Shown piece after piece: positions 18,368-25,612 of a stretch of DNA of 61,662 nt (the stretch's first letter is position 1; every line of letters begins with the position of its first letter). The position numbers and the translations under genes were made by a program. Origin of the DNA: a virus (lineage: Duplodnaviria > Caudoviricetes); the IMG/VR virus record IMGVR_UViG_3300035665_000034, positions 1-61,662 of that record. The stretch is one strand, 5' to 3'. The notes under the pieces were generated by a model. The model did no database searches and was not told the DNA's origin. It worked only from the letters and a program-made list of their open reading frames with translations.

Positions 18368-18913
18368 GGCGTTTCCGAACCGCTCGGCGAGCGCGACGTT
18401 CGCGCGGTGTGCGTTGAACAGGTCGCCTTGACCTGCGTCGCGCATCGCGGCGAGCACCTTCGCGCGGGCCCGCCCGATGAGAACTGCGCGGGTCGACGTG
18501 CCGTTGCCTGTCGTCGAGAAGGCCCGACGCTCGCCGTCGGTCAGGCGAGCGAAGGCGTCTTCGAGCGCGTGCTCGATCTCGCTCGCGCACTCTCGGGCGC
18601 GAAGCTCGACGTCGGGCGCGAACGTCTCGTCGGCGAAGCGCGCGTCGTCGGCCGCGCTGAAGTCGCCGTCGTCGAGCGTCGACGCGTCCAAGCTCGACTC
18701 GCGCGTGGCCCTTCGCGAGCGACCTCGCAGGTACGAGAGCGCGACGCTTCGAGTCGCCGCCCGAACGTAACCTACGTGCTCGGCGGTCGTGCGGTTCGGG
18801 TCGAGTCGGCCGAGGCACTTGATCAGCGCGTCTTGCGCGACGTCCTGCGCCGCGTCGTCCCGAAGATACTGCCGAGCGGTGCCCTGCGCCGCCTTCACGA
18901 GTTCAGCGTGCAT
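18365..18913 (-). CDS. ECF-like RNA polymerase sigma factor
   Basis: Region 2 AQDVAQDALIKCL..LDP...YV....RSVALSYLR; region 4 remnants ALEDAFARLTDGERRAF and LIGRARAKV. Confidence 0.75.
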   Translation of the reverse strand: MHAELVKAAQGTARQYLRDDAAQDVAQDALIKCLGRLDPNRTTAEHVGYVRAATRSVALSYLRGRSRRATRESSLDASTLDDGDFSAADDARFADETFAPDVELRARECASEIEHALEDAFARLTDGERRAFSTTGNGTSTRAVLIGRARAKVLAAMRDAGQGDLFNAHRANVALAERFGNA

Positions 18914-19328
18914 AGGAATGAAGCTCCTGCTTGACGGCCTCGATCACGGTCGCGTCAAAGTCCTGTTTCAGAATCCAGCGCAGATAGTCGCTCGGAACGT
19001 CGCGGAGCAGCTTGCCCTTGTGCGCGCCGAACCCGATCACGGGGCCGTCTGGCGTCATGTGAATCTTCCCGCCCTTGCCCGGCCTCGGCGCAGTCGTCGG
19101 GCTCGGCGCGGCGGTCGCCGCTGCCTTGCGTTCTTCGGCGATGCGCTTCGCCATGCCGCTGACCGACACGGGCGACGACTCGCGCTCGACGCGTTCTGCT
19201 GCGCCGCCGAACTCCTCGGCGAACGTCGTCGGACGCGGCTCGTCCGCTTGCTTGTAGGTCGCCGTCACCGCGCCCGGTTCGGGCTTCGCGTCGACGCTGA
19301 ACGCCTTAAGGAAGTCCTCGCGCTTCAT
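18903..19328 (-). CDS. protein with C-terminal FG.HKG..L.DVP.DYL.W domain (DUF3820-like)
   Basis: IGFGAHKGKLLRDVPSDYLRWIL. Confidence 0.7.
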   Translation of the reverse strand: MKREDFLKAFSVDAKPEPGAVTATYKQADEPRPTTFAEEFGGAAERVERESSPVSVSGMAKRIAEERKAAATAAPSPTTAPRPGKGGKIHMTPDGPVIGFGAHKGKLLRDVPSDYLRWILKQDFDATVIEAVKQELHSYAR

Positions 19329-21232
19329 CGGGTGCCTCGCTTCTTCAGCAGTTCGCGCAGGATGTGAGTCACCTGCGGGATGATGTCGGCGTCGGTCATG
19401 CAGACGCCGTGGATCGGGTAGAGGTCTTTCACGCCGTTGTGGACGACGCCGAGCCCGGCGACCTCGATCCCGGCCTTGTTCACGAAGTCGACCGCTTCGC
19501 GAAGATGCGGCAGGCCGTTCCGCGAGTCGATGCGCGTCCCGTAGTGCTCGGGGATTCCGTCGCTGACGGTGATCACGATCTTGCGGTTCTCGGGGCGCGC
19601 TGCGACGCGTCGCGCAGCGTGAATCAGCGCGCCGCCGTCGTCATTGTTCGCGCTCCCGGCGAAGCCGTTGAAGTTCGCGGCGCACTTCTCGACGCGCTCG
19701 CCGAACCGGATCATCCGCTTCTCGACCAAGCTCTCGGTGCGCGTCGCGCCGATCAAGTCGCGCGCGTCGACGTGCGTCCTCAAGATGTTCGTGAAGCTGA
19801 CGACCTCGTAAGGCACGCCGCACGCCTCGAAGACGCGACCCATGACGAAGACCGCGCGGAGCGCCATCTCGACGCGCCCGCAAGGACCCATCGAGCCCGA
19901 GTCGTCGAGAAGAATCGTGACGGCCGTCGAGGTCGCCGGGCGCTTCAAGTCGCGCGTAAAGACGCGGCGCTCGCCGCACGAGACGCCTGCAAGCGCGCGC
20001 GAATCGAGCCGCCCCGACTCCTGCTCGCCAACCCGAACTGCGCCTTGAGCGACGAGTAACGAGATCAAGCGCGACGTCGCGCCCTGCGCCGTCGTCTTCG
20101 AGAACGCGAGGGCCCGCGCGACGTGCTCTTTCGGCGCGCTGGACGACTTGATCTCCTCGAACGTGTCGAGCGCCTTCACGCGAGCAGGCGCGACGTCTCC
20201 GCGCCAGCCCGCTCGTCCCGAACGCGCCTTGTCTGCGGCGTCGCCGAGGGCTTCGAGCGCGGCCTCGACCGCACCCTCGAACGTGGGCGCGGAGAGCGCT
20301 TCGTCGAGGGCGATCTTCACCGACTCGCCGTCGGTGCCCGAGTCGCCCTTGACCTTGCCGCCCTTGGCATCTTCGGCCTCTTCGCCCTCTTCGCCGTCGC
20401 TCTCGGCGTCGCCGTCGGCAGCGCCGCCGCCGTCGGCAGCGCCGCCGCCTTCTTCGCCGCCTTCTTCGCCTTCCTCGCCCGAGTCGCCTTCGCTCTCGCC
20501 GTCGGCAGGCTCGCCTTCGCTTTCGCCCTCGCCGGGCTCGGCGGCGTCTTCGGCGTCTTCGCCTTCTTCGCCGTCGTCGCCGGGCTCGCCGTCGTCGCCG
20601 GGCTCGCCGTCGTCGCCCTCGCCTTCAGGGCTGCCGGTCGCGCCCGACAGGGCGAGGATGATGCGTTCGGTGATCTCGACTGCGCCGCGCGGCGTGTCGA
20701 CGGTCGCGACCTCGGCGACGAAGCCGTCGAGCACGCGGTCGATGGCGGCTTGATCCGCCTGCGCCCACGCGGCAGGCACCGCGCGCTTCTGCGCGCGGCT
20801 CATCATGCGGCAGATCGCACGGTGGAGCAGCGGGGCACCGGGCTCGGCTTGCTTGACGGCCCACGCGTGAATGCCGAGAAGGTTCGCGCGCGCCCCGGGC
20901 ATCCGAGCGCAGGCGCGGCGCTCAATACGAACGTCCTCAACCGCGTTCCAGATCGAACGGGCAATCGGCCCGAGCTTGCCGGCGACGTCGCTCGGGCGCT
21001 GGCCCTCGGGCCACATGCGCTCCTCTGCCACATGCGCGCACTCGTGGTCGAGCGCACCCTCGAAGGCGGCCCGCAGTTCGGGCTTGCCCTCGATGTTCCG
21101 CATCGAGGCCGGGATGTAAACCACACCTTGCTTCACGTCAGCGCAGAGTCGCTGCCCGCCGACGACAACCTTCACGCCGCTGTTCAGCGAGAAGGTCTTC
21201 GCGATCCGTTCTGCGTAAGTGTCGAGGTTCAT
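19325..21232 (-). CDS. CobT-like VWA protein with N-terminal HExxH and acidic linker
   Basis: DHECAH...NAVEDVRIE; SGRLD; MIDAS LLDDSGSM; VSDGIP. Confidence 0.85.
   Translation of the reverse strand: MNLDTYAERIAKTFSLNSGVKVVVGGQRLCADVKQGVVYIPASMRNIEGKPELRAAFEGALDHECAHVAEERMWPEGQRPSDVAGKLGPIARSIWNAVEDVRIERRACARMPGARANLLGIHAWAVKQAEPGAPLLHRAICRMMSRAQKRAVPAAWAQADQAAIDRVLDGFVAEVATVDTPRGAVEITERIILALSGATGSPEGEGDDGEPGDDGEPGDDGEEGEDAEDAAEPGEGESEGEPADGESEGDSGEEGEEGGEEGGGAADGGGAADGDAESDGEEGEEAEDAKGGKVKGDSGTDGESVKIALDEALSAPTFEGAVEAALEALGDAADKARSGRAGWRGDVAPARVKALDTFEEIKSSSAPKEHVARALAFSKTTAQGATSRLISLLVAQGAVRVGEQESGRLDSRALAGVSCGERRVFTRDLKRPATSTAVTILLDDSGSMGPCGRVEMALRAVFVMGRVFEACGVPYEVVSFTNILRTHVDARDLIGATRTESLVEKRMIRFGERVEKCAANFNGFAGSANNDDGGALIHAARRVAARPENRKIVITVSDGIPEHYGTRIDSRNGLPHLREAVDFVNKAGIEVAGLGVVHNGVKDLYPIHGVCMTDADIIPQVTHILRELLKKRGTR
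20568..20617. repeat. 18-bp in-frame tandem repeat (GDDGEP) in the VWA linker
   Basis: tcgccgtcgtcgccgggc x~2.8. Confidence 0.8.
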
Positions 21233-21368
21233 TTCGTTTCCCTGTTTTCGTTTCGTCTCGTTCGCTTCTGAAAAACAAAGTAGCGCAGGGCGTTCGAGAA
21301 GAAAAGAAAAAAGTTAACTTTCGTGCGCTTTTCCTGAACGCGTTGTCTCGCAACGCTTCGCGCGTTCA
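21233..21368 (-). repeat. type-A repeat A9
   Basis: Both cores. Confidence 0.95.
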
Positions 21369-22271
21369 GCGCTTGACGTTCCAGCCCGTTACGCGCTGCG
21401 CGACGCCGCCCACATAGGCCCGCTCGGTCTTCCCGAGCTTGTCAGCGACCGCGTAGGCGTAGGCGAGTTCGACGCTGCCCATCGTCTGCGCGAGCGAGGC
21501 CCACGCGAGCAGGCGGCGCGTCGAGAACGTCGCCGAGGTCAGCGGCGATGGCGCGTTGAACGCCTCGCGGATTTCCCCTGCGACCTCGACCATCAGCTTT
21601 GCGCTCTCGGCGGCGATGCCCGTCTTCTCGACGAGCACGTTCGCCTCGACCCGCTTCGTCGGGTAGTCGCACTCCACCGCGACGAAGCGGTCGAGCGTCG
21701 CTTCGTTGAGACGGTTCGTTCCGGCGTAGAGGCCGGACTCGTCGCCCGATCCGATTGTGTTCGCCGTCGCGAAGACGCGGAAGTCGGGATGCGGGCGCAC
21801 GACCTCGCCTCCGTTCGCGGAGAGGGTCAGAACGTGCCCCTTTTCGAGAATCGCCTGAATCGTCAGGGCCAGCGAAGCGGGCGCCGCGTCGAATTCGTCC
21901 AAGATGAGCCACGAGCCCTCACGCATGGCAGCCGTGACTACGCCGTCGCGCCAAGCGACCACGGCGCCCGACTCGCCCTCGATCAAGGTCTGCTCGCCGA
22001 GGAAGTCGGACGACCGGACGTCGCCGTTCAGGTTCATGCGCCGCACGGGGCGGTTCAGAGCGCTCGCAAGCAACATGACGCTCGACGTCTTCCCGCAGCC
22101 CGTCGGGCCGTGGAGCAAGACGGGCAGGTCGAGCTTCACCGCCGCCGCGAGCGCGGCGAGCGTGCCTTTGTCGGGCGCGAAGCCGTCGTCCCACGCGGGG
22201 ACGAGGTGTTCGGTGTCGGCGTTCGTGTCGTGGATGGGCAGCACCACGCTGCCAAACTTGAGGTTCTTCAT
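21366..22271 (-). CDS. MoxR/CobS-like AAA+ ATPase
   Basis: GPTGCGKT, LILDEFD, HPDFRVFATAN, NEATLDRF, STRRL. Confidence 0.9.
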   Translation of the reverse strand: MKNLKFGSVVLPIHDTNADTEHLVPAWDDGFAPDKGTLAALAAAVKLDLPVLLHGPTGCGKTSSVMLLASALNRPVRRMNLNGDVRSSDFLGEQTLIEGESGAVVAWRDGVVTAAMREGSWLILDEFDAAPASLALTIQAILEKGHVLTLSANGGEVVRPHPDFRVFATANTIGSGDESGLYAGTNRLNEATLDRFVAVECDYPTKRVEANVLVEKTGIAAESAKLMVEVAGEIREAFNAPSPLTSATFSTRRLLAWASLAQTMGSVELAYAYAVADKLGKTERAYVGGVAQRVTGWNVKR

Positions 22272-22373
22272 CGTGCGTTCCTTCGTTCGTTCGTCGTCGC
22301 GCTTCTGAAAACGAATGTAGCGCGTGGCGTTTGAGAAGAAAAGAAAAAAGCAACCTACGAACGCGCTTTTTCA
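22272..22373 (-). repeat. type-A repeat A10 (distal part shortened)
   Basis: Both cores; lacks the terminal dyad. Confidence 0.9.
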
Positions 22374-22601
22374 GCGGCGGGGAATCGCGTCGAGGACGTT
22401 CGCCTCGTCGCTCCACGCGGCCTGCGTCTTGACGACGTTCGCGCCGTCGAAGAAGCCGACCGTGGCGGGCTTCGAGCCCTTAACGAAGCGGACGACGTAT
22501 CCGCCGTCCCGGCCTGCCGCCTTGCCCGCCATGTAGATCGAGTCGGTCTCAAGAACCGTTCCGACGCCATCGACACAAGCTGCATAGGAGTAGTGGGCCA
22601 T
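22371..22601 (-). CDS. cassette protein, 76 aa
   Basis: Bounded by A10 and A11. Confidence 0.7.
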   Translation of the reverse strand: MAHYSYAACVDGVGTVLETDSIYMAGKAAGRDGGYVVRFVKGSKPATVGFFDGANVVKTQAAWSDEANVLDAIPRR

Positions 22602-22746
22602 CTTCGTTCTCCGTTTCGTTTTCTGTTTCGGTTCGCTTCTGAAAACGAATGTAGCGCAGGGCGTTTGAGAAGAAAAGAAAAAAGTTTACTCGTCGTGCGT
22701 TTTGTTCGCGGTCGTTCTGCGCCAACGCTTTCAAGCGCTCGAATCA
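22602..22746 (-). repeat. type-A repeat A11
   Basis: Both cores. Confidence 0.95.
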
Positions 22747-22953
22747 GTAGCCCGACCCGATCCAGCGCCCGTCGACCTTGACGTCGAGGGACGAACGGTA
22801 GCCGGGGAAGCACCAGAAATCCCGGCGCCGCCACATGCGCCCGTCCTGCCCGACATACGCCGCGCCGACCCGCGTCGGATACTTGCTCGGCGCACCCGTG
22901 TTGAAGTCGGTCGACTCGATCTCGTGGGCGTCGTCGCGGGTCGTGCTGTTCAT
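22744..22953 (-). CDS. cassette protein, 69 aa
   Basis: Bounded by A11 and A12. Confidence 0.7.
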   Translation of the reverse strand: MNSTTRDDAHEIESTDFNTGAPSKYPTRVGAAYVGQDGRMWRRRDFWCFPGYRSSLDVKVDGRWIGSGY

Positions 22954-23081
22954 CTTCGTTTCTCCGTTTCGTTTTCGTTTCGCTTCTGAAAACGAATGTA
23001 GCGCAGGTCGGTTTAGAAGAAAAGAAAAAAGTTTACTCGTCGTGCGTTTTGTTCGCGTCGCGTTCTGCGAGAGCGCCTTTA
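22954..23081 (-). repeat. type-A repeat A12
   Basis: Both cores. Confidence 0.95.
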
Positions 23082-23312
23082 GGCGCGGCGAGCCTCGTCG
23101 GCAGCGGCGACGGCGGCGTCGAGAGCGGCATAGGCCGCGTCGAGCGCGTCGTTCAGTGCGCGTCGTGCGCCTGCGAAGTTGCGGGTCTGGGCAAGTTCAG
23201 CGGCCGAAGTCGCGCGGTCGTATTCGCGGTGGGCTGCGCGGCAGGCAGCGCCGTGGGCCATGTTCGCGGTTGCGAGTGCGTCGGCGTAGCTGGCGTTCTT
23301 CTCGGTGTTCAT
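23079..23312 (-). CDS. Ala-rich helical cassette protein, 77 aa
   Basis: Bounded by A12 and A13. Confidence 0.7.
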   Translation of the reverse strand: MNTEKNASYADALATANMAHGAACRAAHREYDRATSAAELAQTRNFAGARRALNDALDAAYAALDAAVAAADEARRA

Positions 23313-23438
23313 TTCGTTTCTCCGTTTCGTTTTCGTTTCGCTTCTGAAAACGAATGTAGCGCAGGGCGTTTGAGAAGAAAAGAAAAAAGTTTACTCGTCG
23401 CGTGCTTTTCTTGAAGTCGTTGAGCGCCAACGACTTCA
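23313..23438 (-). repeat. type-A repeat A13
   Basis: Both cores; perfect 11-bp dyad TGAAGTCGTTG/CAACGACTTCA. Confidence 0.95.
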
Positions 23439-24107
23439 GGCCGCGCGCAGCGCGTCGAACGCCTTCAGGCGCTCTCGCCACCCCGCCCATGCGCGAGCGA
23501 TCCCGCCCGAGTTCATCGTGAACTCGGTGCCGCGCTCGTTCGCGTGCGCGAACGTGATCCGCACTTCGTCGACCACGACGCCCGTCAGGTCGAAGATCGC
23601 GCCGACGTATGCAGCGCCCTGAAGTCGGTAGTCTTCGATCCAGTCGGAGCGCTTCGGCCGCGTCGAGGTCTTCCAGTCGTAGAGAACGACGCGCCCCGCG
23701 TCGTCGACGAGCGCATCGAGCGCGCCCGCGTAGTTCCGCTTTCGATGGGCGACGAACTTCTCGACGGCGATCACGTTGTTCGGGCTCGGGAGCAGCGGCC
23801 GAATCGAGCGCCACCACGCGCCTGCCAAGCGTTCGGACGCGGCTTCGTCGCCGGTCTCGAAGTAGGCTTCGATGGCCTCGTGAAGCGTGCGCCCACGGTC
23901 GGCCGCAGCTTCGCCGACTTCGGCGTTGCCGGGCTTCGCGAGCCAGCCGTTCAACGCTTCGCGCTTGTCTGCGGGCATCGTCGCGCGAAGGACCGTCGTT
24001 ACCGAAGGGTGCGCGATGCCTTCAGGCCAGACGTAGGCGCGACCGCCCGGAGAGTCGACGCGTTCGAGCGTCGGCCAGTCGAACGCGCGAAGCGCTGCAA
24101 CGCTCAT
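23436..24107 (-). CDS. PD-(D/E)XK exonuclease
   Basis: PSVTTVL, RG..LH..IE, E...YAGALDAL, DWKTS, YRLQ..AY. Confidence 0.85.
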   Translation of the reverse strand: MSVAALRAFDWPTLERVDSPGGRAYVWPEGIAHPSVTTVLRATMPADKREALNGWLAKPGNAEVGEAAADRGRTLHEAIEAYFETGDEAASERLAGAWWRSIRPLLPSPNNVIAVEKFVAHRKRNYAGALDALVDDAGRVVLYDWKTSTRPKRSDWIEDYRLQGAAYVGAIFDLTGVVVDEVRITFAHANERGTEFTMNSGGIARAWAGWRERLKAFDALRAA

Positions 24108-24517
24108 CGGAGACGCCCTGCCTCGCGAGGCTCCGGTCTCGTGACGAGTTCGCCCGCGAGCGTCGCGTTCGTGCGCGACGCGAACCGAACGACGGCGACC
24201 TCGGGCGCACCGACGATGAAGGCGAGCCGCTCCAGCCACTCGAACCCGACGGGCAGAACGAACTCGGGCACGTTCTTCGCGCTGTCTCGCGGCAGCTTGC
24301 GCGCGACCACGAACACGTCGACCCCTGTCCCGATGAGATAGGCCACCTTCGCGACCTCGGCCGGGTCGCTCGACTCGTCGACGCACGCGAACACGGCGCC
24401 CGCGCGCGAGCCGTCTTCGATCACTTCGCCATGAACGACGCGGTGGCCTGTCGCTTCGAGGCATTCGAGGAGCGTCTCGTCGCGAAGCGATCCCGTGCGA
24501 ACGAAGAACAGGTTCAC
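24104..24517 (-). CDS. hypothetical protein
   Basis: GTGA/ATGA overlaps. Confidence 0.55.
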   Translation of the reverse strand: MNLFFVRTGSLRDETLLECLEATGHRVVHGEVIEDGSRAGAVFACVDESSDPAEVAKVAYLIGTGVDVFVVARKLPRDSAKNVPEFVLPVGFEWLERLAFIVGAPEVAVVRFASRTNATLAGELVTRPEPREAGRLR

Positions 24518-25098
24518 GGCGACACGTCGAGCAGCGTGAACTTCCCGACCTCGTTTCGCTCGCACGCGTCCCACACGAACCACGCGTAGGTGCTCGCGTC
24601 AGTCTTGCCGTTGCCCGTGAAGCTCGGACGCTTCGTCAGGACGTAGACGTCGGGCGTTCCGATTCGCCGCATGAGCGCGTGCCGCCCGTGGCGCCTCCCG
24701 CCGTCCGCGATCCAGTTCATGCGGAGCAGCGCGACGACGACGCCGTCAGGGCCGCACCACTCGAACGCGTGCTCGACGAAGCGCTGCGCGAGGTTCGCCG
24801 AACCGCCGTAGGGCGGGTTCATCACGATGATGCGCGACGTCCCGTCGTTGGGCGCCTTCGCGGCGAGGAAGTCGCCTCGAACGACGTTCAGTTTCTCGTC
24901 GGCGCCGAAGTCGCCGATCTCCATGCCCGAGACGCGTGTCTTCCCGACGAACGGGAGCAGAAGCGCGCCGCCTCCTGCGGCCGGATCGAAGACCTCGAAC
25001 TCGTCGCCGCTCTCAGCGATGTATCGGTCGACGACGGGGACGACGGCGTTCACGGCCCACCCCGGCGTCGGGTAGTGGTCGTTCTCGGCGCGGCTCAC
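24514..25098 (-). CDS. DNA amino-methyltransferase (NPPY)
   Basis: DHYPTP, FDPAAGGG, MNPPY, RPSFTG.GKTD...YAWFVW. Confidence 0.9.
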   Translation of the reverse strand: MSRAENDHYPTPGWAVNAVVPVVDRYIAESGDEFEVFDPAAGGGALLLPFVGKTRVSGMEIGDFGADEKLNVVRGDFLAAKAPNDGTSRIIVMNPPYGGSANLAQRFVEHAFEWCGPDGVVVALLRMNWIADGGRRHGRHALMRRIGTPDVYVLTKRPSFTGNGKTDASTYAWFVWDACERNEVGKFTLLDVSP

Positions 25099-25274
25099 TT
25101 GCAGACCTCGCGCGCACCTTGACGGCACGCCTCGACGAGAAACGAAACGTCGCGTCGGGCGCGTTCTTCGTTGCCCTCGCTCGTCGTTCTGCCGAGCGCG
25201 AAGCCAATCGCGCTGCCGAACGTGAAGAACCCGAACAGCACGATCAATGCTCGAACGCTGCTGAACTCGTTCAC
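25095..25274 (-). CDS. small membrane protein
   Basis: ALIVLFGFFTFGSAIGFALG hydrophobic helix. Confidence 0.55.
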   Translation of the reverse strand: MNEFSSVRALIVLFGFFTFGSAIGFALGRTTSEGNEERARRDVSFLVEACRQGAREVCK

Positions 25275-25558
25275 TGGAACATCCACAACGTCGGTCCTCC
25301 GACGGTCAGCGTGTCGACAGGCACGCGCAGCGCCTTCGCGAAGCGCTCGGTCGTGACCGCGTTCCCGATCATCGGCTCGCGAAGCGTGTCGTCGCCGCGC
25401 TCGATCCACTTCCGAACCGAGCCCGACGAGACGCGCTCGGCGACGCAGAACTCGATCATCGACATCCGCCTGAACCGCAGCGCGTCGCGCAGGCGCTCGC
25501 AGCGCTCCTCCGCTTCCTTCGACGCGTGCTCGCGTTGCTTTCCTCGTTTGCCGCCCAT
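25271..25558 (-). CDS. XRE-like HTH protein
   Basis: LRDALRFRRMSMIEFC...VSSGSVRKW...RFAKALRVPVDTL. Confidence 0.7.
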   Translation of the reverse strand: MGGKRGKQREHASKEAEERCERLRDALRFRRMSMIEFCVAERVSSGSVRKWIERGDDTLREPMIGNAVTTERFAKALRVPVDTLTVGGPTLWMFQ

Positions 25559-25584
25559 CTTGAACCTCCGTCCGTTCTTCCCGT

Positions 25585-25612
25585 GTACGTTCAGCGCGCC
25601 GTGAGCTTTACG
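25585..25612 (-). promoter_or_regulatory. ECF-type promoter CGTAAA-N17-CGTAC (copy 3)
   Basis: 17-nt spacer; upstream of HTH gene. Confidence 0.7.

Noticed and set aside
12441-23070. GTTC-N7-GTTC (alphaproteobacterial LexA box) in A4-A8 and A12
   Set aside because: Spacing is N6 in A1 and A11 and the motif is absent in A2, A3, A9, A10 and A13; it lies well upstream of the -10 and may just reflect shared ancestry. Not excluded, but unsupported.
10032-23414. Recurrent peptides such as HFRSPFRFRF and EEKKKV in several track ORFs
   Set aside because: They are translations of the non-coding type-A repeat, not a protein family.
9136-23438. Type-A repeats as a CRISPR or TIGR-like guide array
   Set aside because: The intervening sequences are whole ORFs of 200 bp to several kb, the repeats are >100 bp and variable, and no cas or Nop-domain gene is recognisable.
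9136-23438. Type-A repeats as integron attC sites
   Set aside because: There is no RYYYAAC...GTTRRRY arrangement (GTT precedes AAC, 7 nt apart), the repeats contain promoter and RBS signals, and no tyrosine recombinase is in the window.
9241-23438. Distal dyads as intrinsic terminators
   Set aside because: Stems are weak in several copies and are followed by A-rich sequence on the coding strand; the T-tract lies ~25 nt further on.
23436-24107. Cas4 acquiring cassettes
   Set aside because: It lacks the Fe-S cysteines; it is a generic PD-(D/E)XK exonuclease.
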